Assembly: GCA_024277355.1 (NCBI GenBank)
Contig: JAJRVL010000004.1
Location: 1-32,000 of the forward strand
DNA length: 32,000 nucleotides
From: an archaeon
Lineage (GTDB): Archaea > Iainarchaeota > Iainarchaeia > Iainarchaeales > 1-14-0-10-31-34
Reading direction: 5' to 3'
This document shows, in pieces, positions 24,602 to 32,000 of this stretch. The position numbers and the translations under genes were made by a program. The notes under the pieces were generated by a model. That model was not told where the DNA came from. It saw only the letters and a list, made by a program, of their open reading frames with translations, and searched no databases. Position 1 is the stretch's first letter. Each line of letters begins with the position of its first letter.

Positions 24602-25081
24602 ATGAGAAACTTTAATTCAGTTAAAACTAATACTTTTAATTCACTTACTAAATGGTATGAAATAAAAAATCCTTTTATTGTTGCTTATAATTTTATTTTA
24701 ATTTTTTTATCTAAATATTGTCCTTCACTCAGAGTAAAATGTTTTTTATTAAGATTAACCGGAATGAAAGTAGGGAGAAATGTTTCTGTTGGTTTAATGG
24801 TTAATTTTGATGTATTTTGGCCTGAATTAATTGAATTAAAAGAAAACTGTTTGATTGGCTTTAATGCAACAATTTTAGCGCATGAATTTTTAATTAAAGA
24901 ATACAGAACAGGAAAAACTATAATTGGAAAAAATGTTTTGATTGGAGTAAATTCAACTGTTTTAGCCGGAGTAAATATTGGGGATAATTCTGTTGTTGGT
25001 GCTATGAGTTTAGTTAATTCTGATGTTCCTGCTTTAACTTTTTATGCTGGAGTGCCAGCCAAACAAATAAAAACAGTTTAG
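24602..25081 (+). CDS. Left-handed beta-helix (hexapeptide-repeat) acyltransferase with an N-terminal hydrophobic segment
   Basis: Hexapeptide periodicity in IGKNVLIGVNSTVLAGVNIGDNSVVGAMSLV. Resembles WcaF/maltose O-acetyltransferase-like enzymes. Confidence 0.7.
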   Translation: MRNFNSVKTNTFNSLTKWYEIKNPFIVAYNFILIFLSKYCPSLRVKCFLLRLTGMKVGRNVSVGLMVNFDVFWPELIELKENCLIGFNATILAHEFLIKEYRTGKTIIGKNVLIGVNSTVLAGVNIGDNSVVGAMSLVNSDVPALTFYAGVPAKQIKTV

Positions 25082-25122
25082 GCTTTTTTTTTACAGAGAG
25101 TTATTTTAGGAGTTGGTGTGTC

Positions 25123-25485
25123 ATGAAAGAATTTGAAGTAAAGTTATCTGGTTTTTATGAAGTAGAAAAAATAGATAAAGAAACAATAAAAAATAACTGC
25201 ATAAAACTTTATGAAAGACAGAATAAAAAATTAAAGACAATTGAATTTATTGAAATAAGATTAAAAGATTATCAAAAAAGCGGTACAAGAAGAAAATTTT
25301 TAGTTCATTCCACTTTAGGTTTTGCTGGAACAGTTTTAACTTCAAAAGCTTTGGACTGGAATTTAATTAAGGCAGCTGATGCAAGTTTAAAAAAAATTGA
25401 CAGTGAAATTAAAAGAAAATTTATTGGAAAAATTCAGTCAAAAAACAAAGCAAAAGCAAGAGTTGTAAACAGAATTCTGGAGTAA
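25123..25485 (+). CDS. Hypothetical protein; possible HPF/RaiA (S30AE)-like fold
   Basis: GGAG-containing SD upstream. KFLVHSTLGFAGTVLTSKALDWNLIKAADASLKKIDSEIKRK parallels HPF ...EVTI.....L.A.....D.YAAID....KLERQLRK. Weak, by eye only. Confidence 0.4.
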   Translation: MKEFEVKLSGFYEVEKIDKETIKNNCIKLYERQNKKLKTIEFIEIRLKDYQKSGTRRKFLVHSTLGFAGTVLTSKALDWNLIKAADASLKKIDSEIKRKFIGKIQSKNKAKARVVNRILE

Positions 25486-25487
25486 AA

Positions 25488-25952
25488 TTAAAACTTCATG
25501 AATTCTTTGAATTCATCAAATCTTTCTTTTATTTTAAACTGGTTAATGAAATTCATGTTTGTTACTCCCATTCCTTCTGCTTCTAATGAAGCAACAACTG
25601 AACCATAAACCATTGCTTTTCTTATATTTGATTCATTTAAGTCATTTGTTTTAGCTAAATATCCAATTAAGGCTCCTGCAAAACTGTCTCCTGCGCCTGT
25701 TGGATCTTTAATGTCTTCTAAAGGGTATCCTGGCAAAGCAAAATGAGTTTTTTCTGTAAACATTACTGAACCATGTTCTCCTTTTTTTATTATTGCATAA
25801 TCTGAATCTAATTTTAGTATTTCTCTTGCAGCTTTAATTAAATTATTTGTTCTGAATAATTCTCTTGCTTCGCTGTCATTCATTAAAGCAATATCAACTG
25901 CTTTAACTACTTCTAATACTTCTTGTCTTTTTGAATTAATCCAGTAATTCAT
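25488..25952 (-). CDS. PfkB/ribokinase-family sugar kinase, C-terminal fragment (gene interrupted by an in-frame TAA)
   Basis: DPTGAGDSFAGALIGYLA (PfkB signature 2) and IIKKGEHGS. The frame stays open upstream of its ATG as YVFLGNIDPELQLKVLKQIKKPKLVVSDT, back to the TAA at 26040-26042. Confidence 0.75.
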   Translation of the reverse strand: MNYWINSKRQEVLEVVKAVDIALMNDSEARELFRTNNLIKAAREILKLDSDYAIIKKGEHGSVMFTEKTHFALPGYPLEDIKDPTGAGDSFAGALIGYLAKTNDLNESNIRKAMVYGSVVASLEAEGMGVTNMNFINQFKIKERFDEFKEFMKF

Positions 25953-26039
25953 TGTATCGCTTACAACTAATTTAGGTTTTTTTATTTGTTTTAAAACTTT
26001 TAATTGTAATTCCGGATCAATGTTTCCTAAAAAAACATA

Positions 26040-26390
26040 TTATGCGTTTTTGTATTCTTCTGGAATTTTTGGATCAAAGTTTTCTATTACATTTAATTCA
26101 GTTTTAAGTGTTTTTGCGACATTTAAATCAAATTCATATTTTCCTGACCATCTGAAAGTTTTCCCTTCAATTATTTCTAATCCTTTAGTGTCAATGCCTT
26201 TTCTTTGAATTAAATCTAAATGTTTTTTTGGAAAATCTGTTCCTGCTACTCCAACTATTCCTGTTTTTGCAAAAAAAGAACAGGCAACAGAAGAATAAAT
26301 TGCAGAGCCTCCTAAAGTGTCTATTATTTTTCCAAAAGGAGTTTCAATATCATCTAATCCAATGCTTCCAACAATTAAAACTTCAACCAT
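26040..26390 (-). CDS. PfkB/ribokinase-family sugar kinase, N-terminal fragment
   Basis: VLIVGSIGLDDIETPFGKIIDTLGGSAIYSSVA. Same frame as 25488-25952, separated from it only by one TAA. Confidence 0.75.
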   Translation of the reverse strand: MVEVLIVGSIGLDDIETPFGKIIDTLGGSAIYSSVACSFFAKTGIVGVAGTDFPKKHLDLIQRKGIDTKGLEIIEGKTFRWSGKYEFDLNVAKTLKTELNVIENFDPKIPEEYKNA

Positions 26391-26450
26391 AAAATCACAT
26401 AAGAAAATAATTTAAAAACAATTAAAAAACAAACCTCTTTCAGTTATTTT

Positions 26451-27299
26451 ATGTCAAAAGAATTATTGATTGGAACAGCAGGAATTCCTTTTTCTACAAA
26501 ACAAAGAAACACTGAAAATGGAATTAAGCAAATAAAAAAACTTGGTTTAGGCTGCATGGAATTAGAGTTTGTTCATTCAGTTAATATTACAAAAGAAAAA
26601 AGCCCTGAAATAAAGAAAGTTTCAGATGAAACAGGAGTGGAATTAACTGTACATGCGCCTTATTATATTAATTTAAATGCCTTGGAAAAACCAAAATATC
26701 ATGCTTCAATTAATCGAATTCTTTCTTCTGCAAGGATTGGCTATTTATGTGGTGCTAAATCAGTGGTATTTCATGCAGGATTTTATATGAAACAAAATCC
26801 TAAATCAGTTTTTGAAAAAATTAAAGCAGGAATAAAAGAAATAGAAAAAAAAGTTTTAGATGAAGGGTTAGACATATGGCTTAGGCCTGAAACAACAGGC
26901 AAGCCAACTCAATGGGGTTCTATAGAAGAAATTGTTTCTTTGTCAGAAAACTTTGAAAAAATTTTGCCTTGTGTTGACTTCTCTCATTTGCATGCACGTT
27001 CAGCAGGAAAAAATAACACTAAAAAAGAATTTCATGATAATCTTTCTTTAATTGAAAAAAAACTTGGAAGAAAAGCATTAAATGAAATGCATATTCATTT
27101 AAGCGGAATAAATTATTCAGATAAAGGAGAAAGAAATCATTTAATTTTAAAAGAAAGCGACATGAATTACAAAGATTTAATTCAGGAATTAAAAGACTTT
27201 AAAGTTAAAGGCTGGCTTATCTGCGAAAGCCCAAACCTTGAAGATGATGCATTACTAATAAAAAAAGAATTTGGAAAAAGAAAGCGATTTTATGCCTAA
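26451..27299 (+). CDS. nfo: AP endonuclease family 2 (endonuclease IV-like) TIM-barrel protein
   Basis: VHAPYYINL, VVFHAGFY, RPETTGK, DFSHLHA and HIHLSG follow the Nfo metal-ligand pattern. Confidence 0.65.
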   Translation: MSKELLIGTAGIPFSTKQRNTENGIKQIKKLGLGCMELEFVHSVNITKEKSPEIKKVSDETGVELTVHAPYYINLNALEKPKYHASINRILSSARIGYLCGAKSVVFHAGFYMKQNPKSVFEKIKAGIKEIEKKVLDEGLDIWLRPETTGKPTQWGSIEEIVSLSENFEKILPCVDFSHLHARSAGKNNTKKEFHDNLSLIEKKLGRKALNEMHIHLSGINYSDKGERNHLILKESDMNYKDLIQELKDFKVKGWLICESPNLEDDALLIKKEFGKRKRFYA

Positions 27300-27792
27300 A
27301 AGAATTCATAAAAAACCCGGAACAAAAGCTTATGAAAAAAGTGTAAAAAAAACTGCAAGAAGAACTGTTTCGAATATTATTAAGTATAATAAAAAACCCG
27401 GTTCAGCGGGTTTAATTATTAACAAACTAAAAAAAGAATATAAAAAAAATTATGTTGGAGAAAAAACTAATGCAATTCTTGAAACTTTTAAGTTAATTAA
27501 ATTGTATTCCGGTAAACCTAAAAGTTATTATTCAAATCTAAGAAAAAATTTAACTAAAAATTATTCTGAAATAGAAATCAAGGTAGCTCAACTTAAATTA
27601 AATCCAAATAATGTTTCAGCATTAATTGAATTAAAAAATTTATTTTTAAGAAATTCGTCTTTTATTAGTAAGCTTGAAAGTGAATTAGATTCTCCTAATG
27701 AAAAAAAATTATATTTTGATGAACTAAAAAACAACAGGCAGATTATAACAAACTTAACTAAAAAAATTAACTCACTAAAAAATGATTTTTAA
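27292..27792 (+). CDS. Hypothetical basic, probably coiled-coil protein
   Basis: The ATG at 27292 overlaps the upstream gene by 8 nt (the track uses TTG 27271). No motif recognised. Confidence 0.45.
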   Translation: MPKRIHKKPGTKAYEKSVKKTARRTVSNIIKYNKKPGSAGLIINKLKKEYKKNYVGEKTNAILETFKLIKLYSGKPKSYYSNLRKNLTKNYSEIEIKVAQLKLNPNNVSALIELKNLFLRNSSFISKLESELDSPNEKKLYFDELKNNRQIITNLTKKINSLKNDF

Positions 27793-28439
27793 TTTTCTAT
27801 TTCTTTAATTATTTCATCAAAGATTGGTTTAATTTTATCTAAGATTGGTTCTGCATCAACTTCTTTTAATAATCCTTTTTCTTTGTAATAATCAATTAAA
27901 GGTTTAGTTTGTTTTTTGTATTCTTCTAATCTTTTCATTATTGCCTGTTTTTTGTCATCTTCTCTTATAATTAATTCTCCGCCGTCTACATCACATTTTC
28001 CTTTTTCTTTTGGCGGAAGAAATTTTTCATGATAAACTTTGTTGCAAGTCTTGCAAGTTAATCTTCCTCCAATTCTTTCAAAAGTTGTTTCATCTGAAAT
28101 AGTAAAATTAATTACTGCATTAATTTTCATGTTTAAATGATTAATTATATTTTCAAGTAATTCAGCTTGTTTTAATGTTCTTGGATAACCATCTAATATA
28201 ATTCCATTATTTTTTTCTTTTTCAATTTTTTTTTCAATTAATTCTGCAATTAATTCATCTGGAACCAGTAAACCTTTATTCATTATTTCTTTTGCTTTTT
28301 TTCCTGTTTCTGTTTCGGCTTTAACTTCAGCTCTAAGCAAGTCTCCTGCACTAATCTGCACTAAACCTTTTGTATTTCCTAAATATTGTGCAAAAGTTCC
28401 TTTTCCTGCTCCTTGTTGTCCTAAAAAAATCAAGTTCAT
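27789..28439 (-). CDS. adk: Adenylate kinase (long type with a zinc-binding lid)
   Basis: P-loop GQQGAGKGT, DGYPRT, and the lid CKTCNKVYH...KCDVDGGEL. Confidence 0.9.
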   Translation of the reverse strand: MNLIFLGQQGAGKGTFAQYLGNTKGLVQISAGDLLRAEVKAETETGKKAKEIMNKGLLVPDELIAELIEKKIEKEKNNGIILDGYPRTLKQAELLENIINHLNMKINAVINFTISDETTFERIGGRLTCKTCNKVYHEKFLPPKEKGKCDVDGGELIIREDDKKQAIMKRLEEYKKQTKPLIDYYKEKGLLKEVDAEPILDKIKPIFDEIIKEIEN

Positions 28440-28493
28440 GTTTTCACCAAAAAAATAAAACTACAAAACTTTTTTAAACTTAGAAACTTACTT

Positions 28494-29327
28494 TTATTTT
28501 GCTTTAAAATCGATTACAACTTGTATTTTACTTGCACTAAAAGGTCTTACTTGTCTTTTATTTAATAAAATAAATTTTCTTTTCTGTTTAATGCATTCAT
28601 TTTTAGCTCGTTTAACTGCTTCATCAAAAGCAGTTTCTTTTTTTAACACTTGATAAAAATGAATTATTCCTCCTTTCTTTAAAGCTTTAAGTGAAGCTTT
28701 CAGAAAAGTTTCTCCTCCATGAGGCATAGGCATTGTGATTCTGTCAAGATTTTTTAGTTTTGCTGAGGCAATTTTATTTACATCTCCTTTTAATACTTCG
28801 ATTTTTTCTTCACATTTATTTAACTTAATGTTTTCTTTCATAAATTTAACTGCATTAGGATTTAATTCAACTGCAAATGCTTTTTTCATAAAAGAATTTT
28901 TTGTAAAAACAATCGGGTAAGGACCTATTCCTGCAAAAAAACAGCCAATTTTTTCTCCTTTTTTTATTAATTTTGAAATTCTTAATCTTTCATTACACAA
29001 ACGGGGAGAAAAAAAAGTTTTTCTTACATCAAAAACAAATCGACAGGCAGATTCTTTGTATTCTGTAATAAACTTTTTTTCTCCTGCAATAATTTTCAAA
29101 GGCTGTAACCTGTATTTTCCTTTATGTGGTCCTGAAATTTTGCAGACTGTTTTAATATTTTTATTTAATTTAATTATTGTGTTTCCAATTAGTTTTTCTT
29201 TTTTTTCTAATTCTTTTGGAATTTCAATTACTGCGATATTTCCTAATGAATCAAAACTTTTAACAAAAACTTCTTTTTCTTTTTTTGAAAGCTTTTTTTC
29301 AAGAATTTCCTTTAAATTTCCTGCCAT
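28494..29327 (-). CDS. trm5: Trm5-family tRNA (guanine37-N1) methyltransferase (Met-10+ domain)
   Basis: FDVRKTFFSPRLCNERLRI, FAGIGPYPI, AVELNP and the MPMP motif. Confidence 0.75.
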   Translation of the reverse strand: MAGNLKEILEKKLSKKEKEVFVKSFDSLGNIAVIEIPKELEKKEKLIGNTIIKLNKNIKTVCKISGPHKGKYRLQPLKIIAGEKKFITEYKESACRFVFDVRKTFFSPRLCNERLRISKLIKKGEKIGCFFAGIGPYPIVFTKNSFMKKAFAVELNPNAVKFMKENIKLNKCEEKIEVLKGDVNKIASAKLKNLDRITMPMPHGGETFLKASLKALKKGGIIHFYQVLKKETAFDEAVKRAKNECIKQKRKFILLNKRQVRPFSASKIQVVIDFKAK

Positions 29328-29474
29328 AAAAAACTAATCAAAAGAAATAATTAAGAATTGTTTTGAAAAACTCCTTTAAAATCAATTTTTTTCAACTGTA
29401 AGTATTGTTTTAATCTGATTTTCTGAATTATCAGGTTAGGTGTGCCTTATATTAGTTTGTGTTTGTGCATTAGC

Positions 29475-29482
29475 TATATAAT
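29475..29482 (+). promoter_or_regulatory. TATA box (TATATAAT) for the leaderless DUF63 gene
   Basis: First T is 30 nt before the ATG at 29505. No SD. Confidence 0.4.
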
Positions 29483-29504
29483 ACTTTTTTTTAATTAAGA
29501 TTTT

Positions 29505-30359
29505 ATGGTTTTTGAACTAATCAATGAATTTTTTATTAATCCTATTACAAGTCATTCAGGATATAATTTAATTAACACTTTTGTTTACGCAGGCATACTT
29601 TTAGCTGTGGCATTTTTAGTTGTTTTTCCTTTTTTTAAAAAAAAAGGAATTTCATTTGATTTTGAATTCTTTAAAGCAGTTTTTCCTTTTATTGTATTAG
29701 GTTCAACTATAAGAATTTTTGAAGAAAATTATTCTGCCGTTTATTTAGAATTATTTGAACGTTCAACTAATCCTTTTTCTTTTGGTTTCTATACAGTTTC
29801 TCCAGGAATATATATTTTTATTGGATTACTTACAATTTTCAGTTTAATTCTTTCTTTTTATCTTTCAAAATACTTAAACAAAAAACCTTTAGAAGTTTTT
29901 ATGGGAATAGGAATTTTGCTTAGTGTTCCTGTTGTATTATTCCATTTAATTAATTTAACTCATGCATTTGAATTCTTTTTTGTTTTTGGAGCAGCAGCAA
30001 TAATAGTTTTTATTGTAAAAATTTTAAGTGAAAAATTAAATCAAAATTTTTTATCCAGCAAATTAAATCTGGCAGTTATTATGGGGCAGACTTTAGACGG
30101 TGTTGCAACTTTTACTGCATTAACTTTCTTTTCTTCTTATAGTGAACAGCATGTTTTTTCTGATTTGATTATTCAAAATTTTTCTCCTGCTGCATTTATT
30201 TTAGTTAAAGTCATTTTGTCAATTCTTGTTTTATGGTATGTTGACAAAGAAGTTGAAGACGAAAAATTAAGAAACTTCATTAAAATTTTTGTAATTATAA
30301 TTGGTTTTGCTCCGGGAATAAGAGATGCTTTTAGTTTAGGATTAACTACTCTTCCATAA
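29505..30359 (+). CDS. Polytopic membrane protein, DUF63-like
   Basis: YNLINTFVYAGIL, GQTLDGVATFTAL...YSEQHVFS and GFAPGIRDAFSL resemble my memory of archaeal DUF63 proteins. Confidence 0.5.
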   Translation: MVFELINEFFINPITSHSGYNLINTFVYAGILLAVAFLVVFPFFKKKGISFDFEFFKAVFPFIVLGSTIRIFEENYSAVYLELFERSTNPFSFGFYTVSPGIYIFIGLLTIFSLILSFYLSKYLNKKPLEVFMGIGILLSVPVVLFHLINLTHAFEFFFVFGAAAIIVFIVKILSEKLNQNFLSSKLNLAVIMGQTLDGVATFTALTFFSSYSEQHVFSDLIIQNFSPAAFILVKVILSILVLWYVDKEVEDEKLRNFIKIFVIIIGFAPGIRDAFSLGLTTLP

Positions 30360-30437
30360 AATAAATCTGAAATTAAAATTGAAAATAAAAATAGAGGAAA
30401 GAAACTAATTCTTTCCCTTAAAAAATTACTTTATTAT

Positions 30438-30554
30438 TTATCGTTTTTTCTTTTTTTTGGTTGTTTTCTTTTTAGTAACTTTTTTCTTTTTAGTCACTTT
30501 CTTTTTTTTGGTTGTTTTCTTTTTAGTTGTTTTCTTTTTCTTTTTTGCTGCCAT
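30438..30554 (-). CDS. 38-aa polylysine microprotein (not in the ORF track)
   Basis: MAAKKKKKTTKKKTTKKKKVTKKKKVTKKKTTKKKKKR, then TAA. A perfect GGAGG (30567-30563) lies 8 nt upstream of the ATG (30554-30552). Confidence 0.5.
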   Translation of the reverse strand: MAAKKKKKTTKKKTTKKKKVTKKKKVTKKKTTKKKKKR

Positions 30555-30651
30555 AAATTTAACCTCCTTTTATAAAAAAATTTATTTAACAAAATAAAGG
30601 TTTTATAATATTTAAATGTTTTGTTTTAAATGTAATTTTAGAGGGTAAAAA

Positions 30652-31413
30652 ATGTTTTTTTTAATTGGAATCGGGCTGAAAAAAAATAATTTAACTTTAG
30701 AAGCGCAAAAAAAAATAAAAAAATGCAAAAAAGTTTTTTTAGAATCATATACAAGTATTTATTCAGAAGGAAAAATTTCTGAATTAGAAAAAGAAACCGG
30801 AAAAAAAATAATTTTTCTTGAAAGAAAACAAGTTGAAGAAAAAACTGAAATCTTTTCTTCTGCAAAAAAAGAAGATATTGCTTTGCTGGTTTATGGAAAT
30901 CCTTTAAGTGCAACAACGCATCTTTCTTTAATTTCAGAATTAAAAGAAAAGAAAATTCCTTTTAAAATCATCCCGGGAATTTCAGTTTTTAATTTTATTT
31001 CTTTTACTGGATTACAGGAATACAAATTTGGAAAAACAGTTTCAGTTGTTTTCCAGAGGGAAAATTATGCTCCTGAATCATTTTTTAGTTCAATTGAAAA
31101 AAACAAGTTAATAGGACTGCACACTTTATGTCTGCTTGACATTGAAGCAAAAGAAAAAAAGTATATGAAAATAAATGAAGCATTAAATATTCTTGAATCA
31201 ATTGAAAGGAAAAAAGAAAAAAGAATTATTTCTGAAAGCGTTTTAATAGGCATTGCAAGAGCAGGTTCAGATAAAATGAAAATAAAAGCAGGAACTTTAA
31301 ATGAATTAAAGAAATTTGATTTTGGAAAACAACCTCATTCGTTAATTGTGTGCGGAAAACTAAGTGAAGATGAAAAAGAGTTTTTAAGAATTTTTTCTGA
31401 CTGGGAAGAATAA
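30652..31413 (+). CDS. dph5: Diphthine synthase
   Basis: FFLIGIGL, ESYTS, LVYGNPLSATTH and PHSLIV. Confidence 0.88.
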   Translation: MFFLIGIGLKKNNLTLEAQKKIKKCKKVFLESYTSIYSEGKISELEKETGKKIIFLERKQVEEKTEIFSSAKKEDIALLVYGNPLSATTHLSLISELKEKKIPFKIIPGISVFNFISFTGLQEYKFGKTVSVVFQRENYAPESFFSSIEKNKLIGLHTLCLLDIEAKEKKYMKINEALNILESIERKKEKRIISESVLIGIARAGSDKMKIKAGTLNELKKFDFGKQPHSLIVCGKLSEDEKEFLRIFSDWEE

Positions 31414-31472
31414 AAATAGAAGCATAGTAATCAATGAATAAAAAAATTAATGGTATTTTGGAGTGAAAAATA

Positions 31473-31784
31473 ATGACTAAACAAAAAGAATTTAATTTAG
31501 AAAAAAAATTATATGAAAAAGTTGAAAAATATTTTTTGTTGACTGAAAAAGCATTAAATAAAATTGAATTAAAGGAAAATTTAACTGAAAAAGAAAAAAG
31601 CACTGCAGAAGACTTTTTAAGCATGGCAAACAATTATTTTTCTGATGCAAAACATTTTTCTGAAAAAAATGATTTGTTGAATGCTTTAGCTTCTTTGTCT
31701 TATGCTCATGCATGGCTCGATGCAGGAATTCGTTCAGGAATTTTTGATGGAAAAGAAGACGATAAGCTTTTTACTTTAAAGTAA
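31473..31784 (+). CDS. DUF357-like small helical protein
   Basis: LASLSYAHAWLDAGIRSGIF matches my memory of the DUF357 signature. GGAGTG SD upstream. Confidence 0.5.
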   Translation: MTKQKEFNLEKKLYEKVEKYFLLTEKALNKIELKENLTEKEKSTAEDFLSMANNYFSDAKHFSEKNDLLNALASLSYAHAWLDAGIRSGIFDGKEDDKLFTLK

Positions 31785-31822
31785 GTTTTTTATATTTCAA
31801 AAGCTTTATTTTAGTGGTTTAA

Positions 31823-32000
31823 ATGAGTATTTATGATGAAACAAAATCAATGTCAATGCCGAAATTTTCTTTTCGTTTTGAAAAATTAAAGTTGCCAATT
31901 ATTGGAGTAATTTTAATTTTAGTTATTGCTTTTTTGATTGTTTCTGGTTCCTCTTTATTTGAACCTGATCCCTTGCTTATTTCATTTGAAAATAATGCTT
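31823..32000 (+). CDS. Hypothetical membrane protein, 3' end outside the window
   Basis: The ATG at 31823 opens a frame that runs to the window edge. It has one TM segment, LPIIGVILILVIAFLIVS. Confidence 0.4.
   Translation, partial: MSIYDETKSMSMPKFSFRFEKLKLPIIGVILILVIAFLIVSGSSLFEPDPLLISFENNA

Noticed and set aside
27789-27792. Overlapping convergent stops (27292-27792 with adk; also hsp20-like with scpB at 12439/12440) as a special regulatory structure
   Set aside because: This is a simple consequence of TTA/TAA palindromy in a compact genome. There is no associated hairpin or conserved element.

Overview
This window is densely coded and strongly AT-rich. Its informational genes are archaeal: TFB, FEN-1, ribosomal protein L35Ae, RNase HII, Trm5 and diphthine synthase. 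Together with short lysine-rich proteins and a mix of leaderless and Shine-Dalgarno-led genes, this fits a small-genome (DPANN-like) archaeon; that lineage call is inference. I support about 45 protein genes. I found no tRNA or rRNA, no CRISPR array and no transposase or integrase.

Housekeeping content: an OAT-type aminotransferase (5' truncated by the window edge), pcm, fen, tfb, rpl35ae, rnhB, scpB and scpA, a KaiC-like ATPase, galE, ahcY, adk, trm5, dph5, an endonuclease IV-like protein, and a ferredoxin/thioredoxin-like/CcdA operon. Accessory content: a canonical RelE/RHH toxin-antitoxin pair, and a PIN toxin convergent with an RHH gene.

Most interesting items:
1. A four-gene block of secreted or anchored orphan proteins (17898-22921). 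It includes a protein with 11 tandem Cys-pair repeats and an 880-aa lysine-poor, sequon-rich envelope protein ending in LPETN + TM helix + KKK.
2. A secreted protein that is roughly 38% tyrosine (14296-14772), sitting in an opposite-strand insert that splits scpB from scpA.
3. Two conserved metabolic genes (a HAD hydrolase and a PfkB kinase), each interrupted by one in-frame TAA with no frameshift.
4. A homolog of the ArmA/RmtB/FmrO aminoglycoside-resistance 16S rRNA methyltransferases in an archaeal context.
5. Tiny polylysine proteins, including a 38-codon gene with a perfect GGAGG that is absent from the ORF track.

All coordinates of motifs were hand-indexed. All family calls rest on remembered motifs, not on searches.
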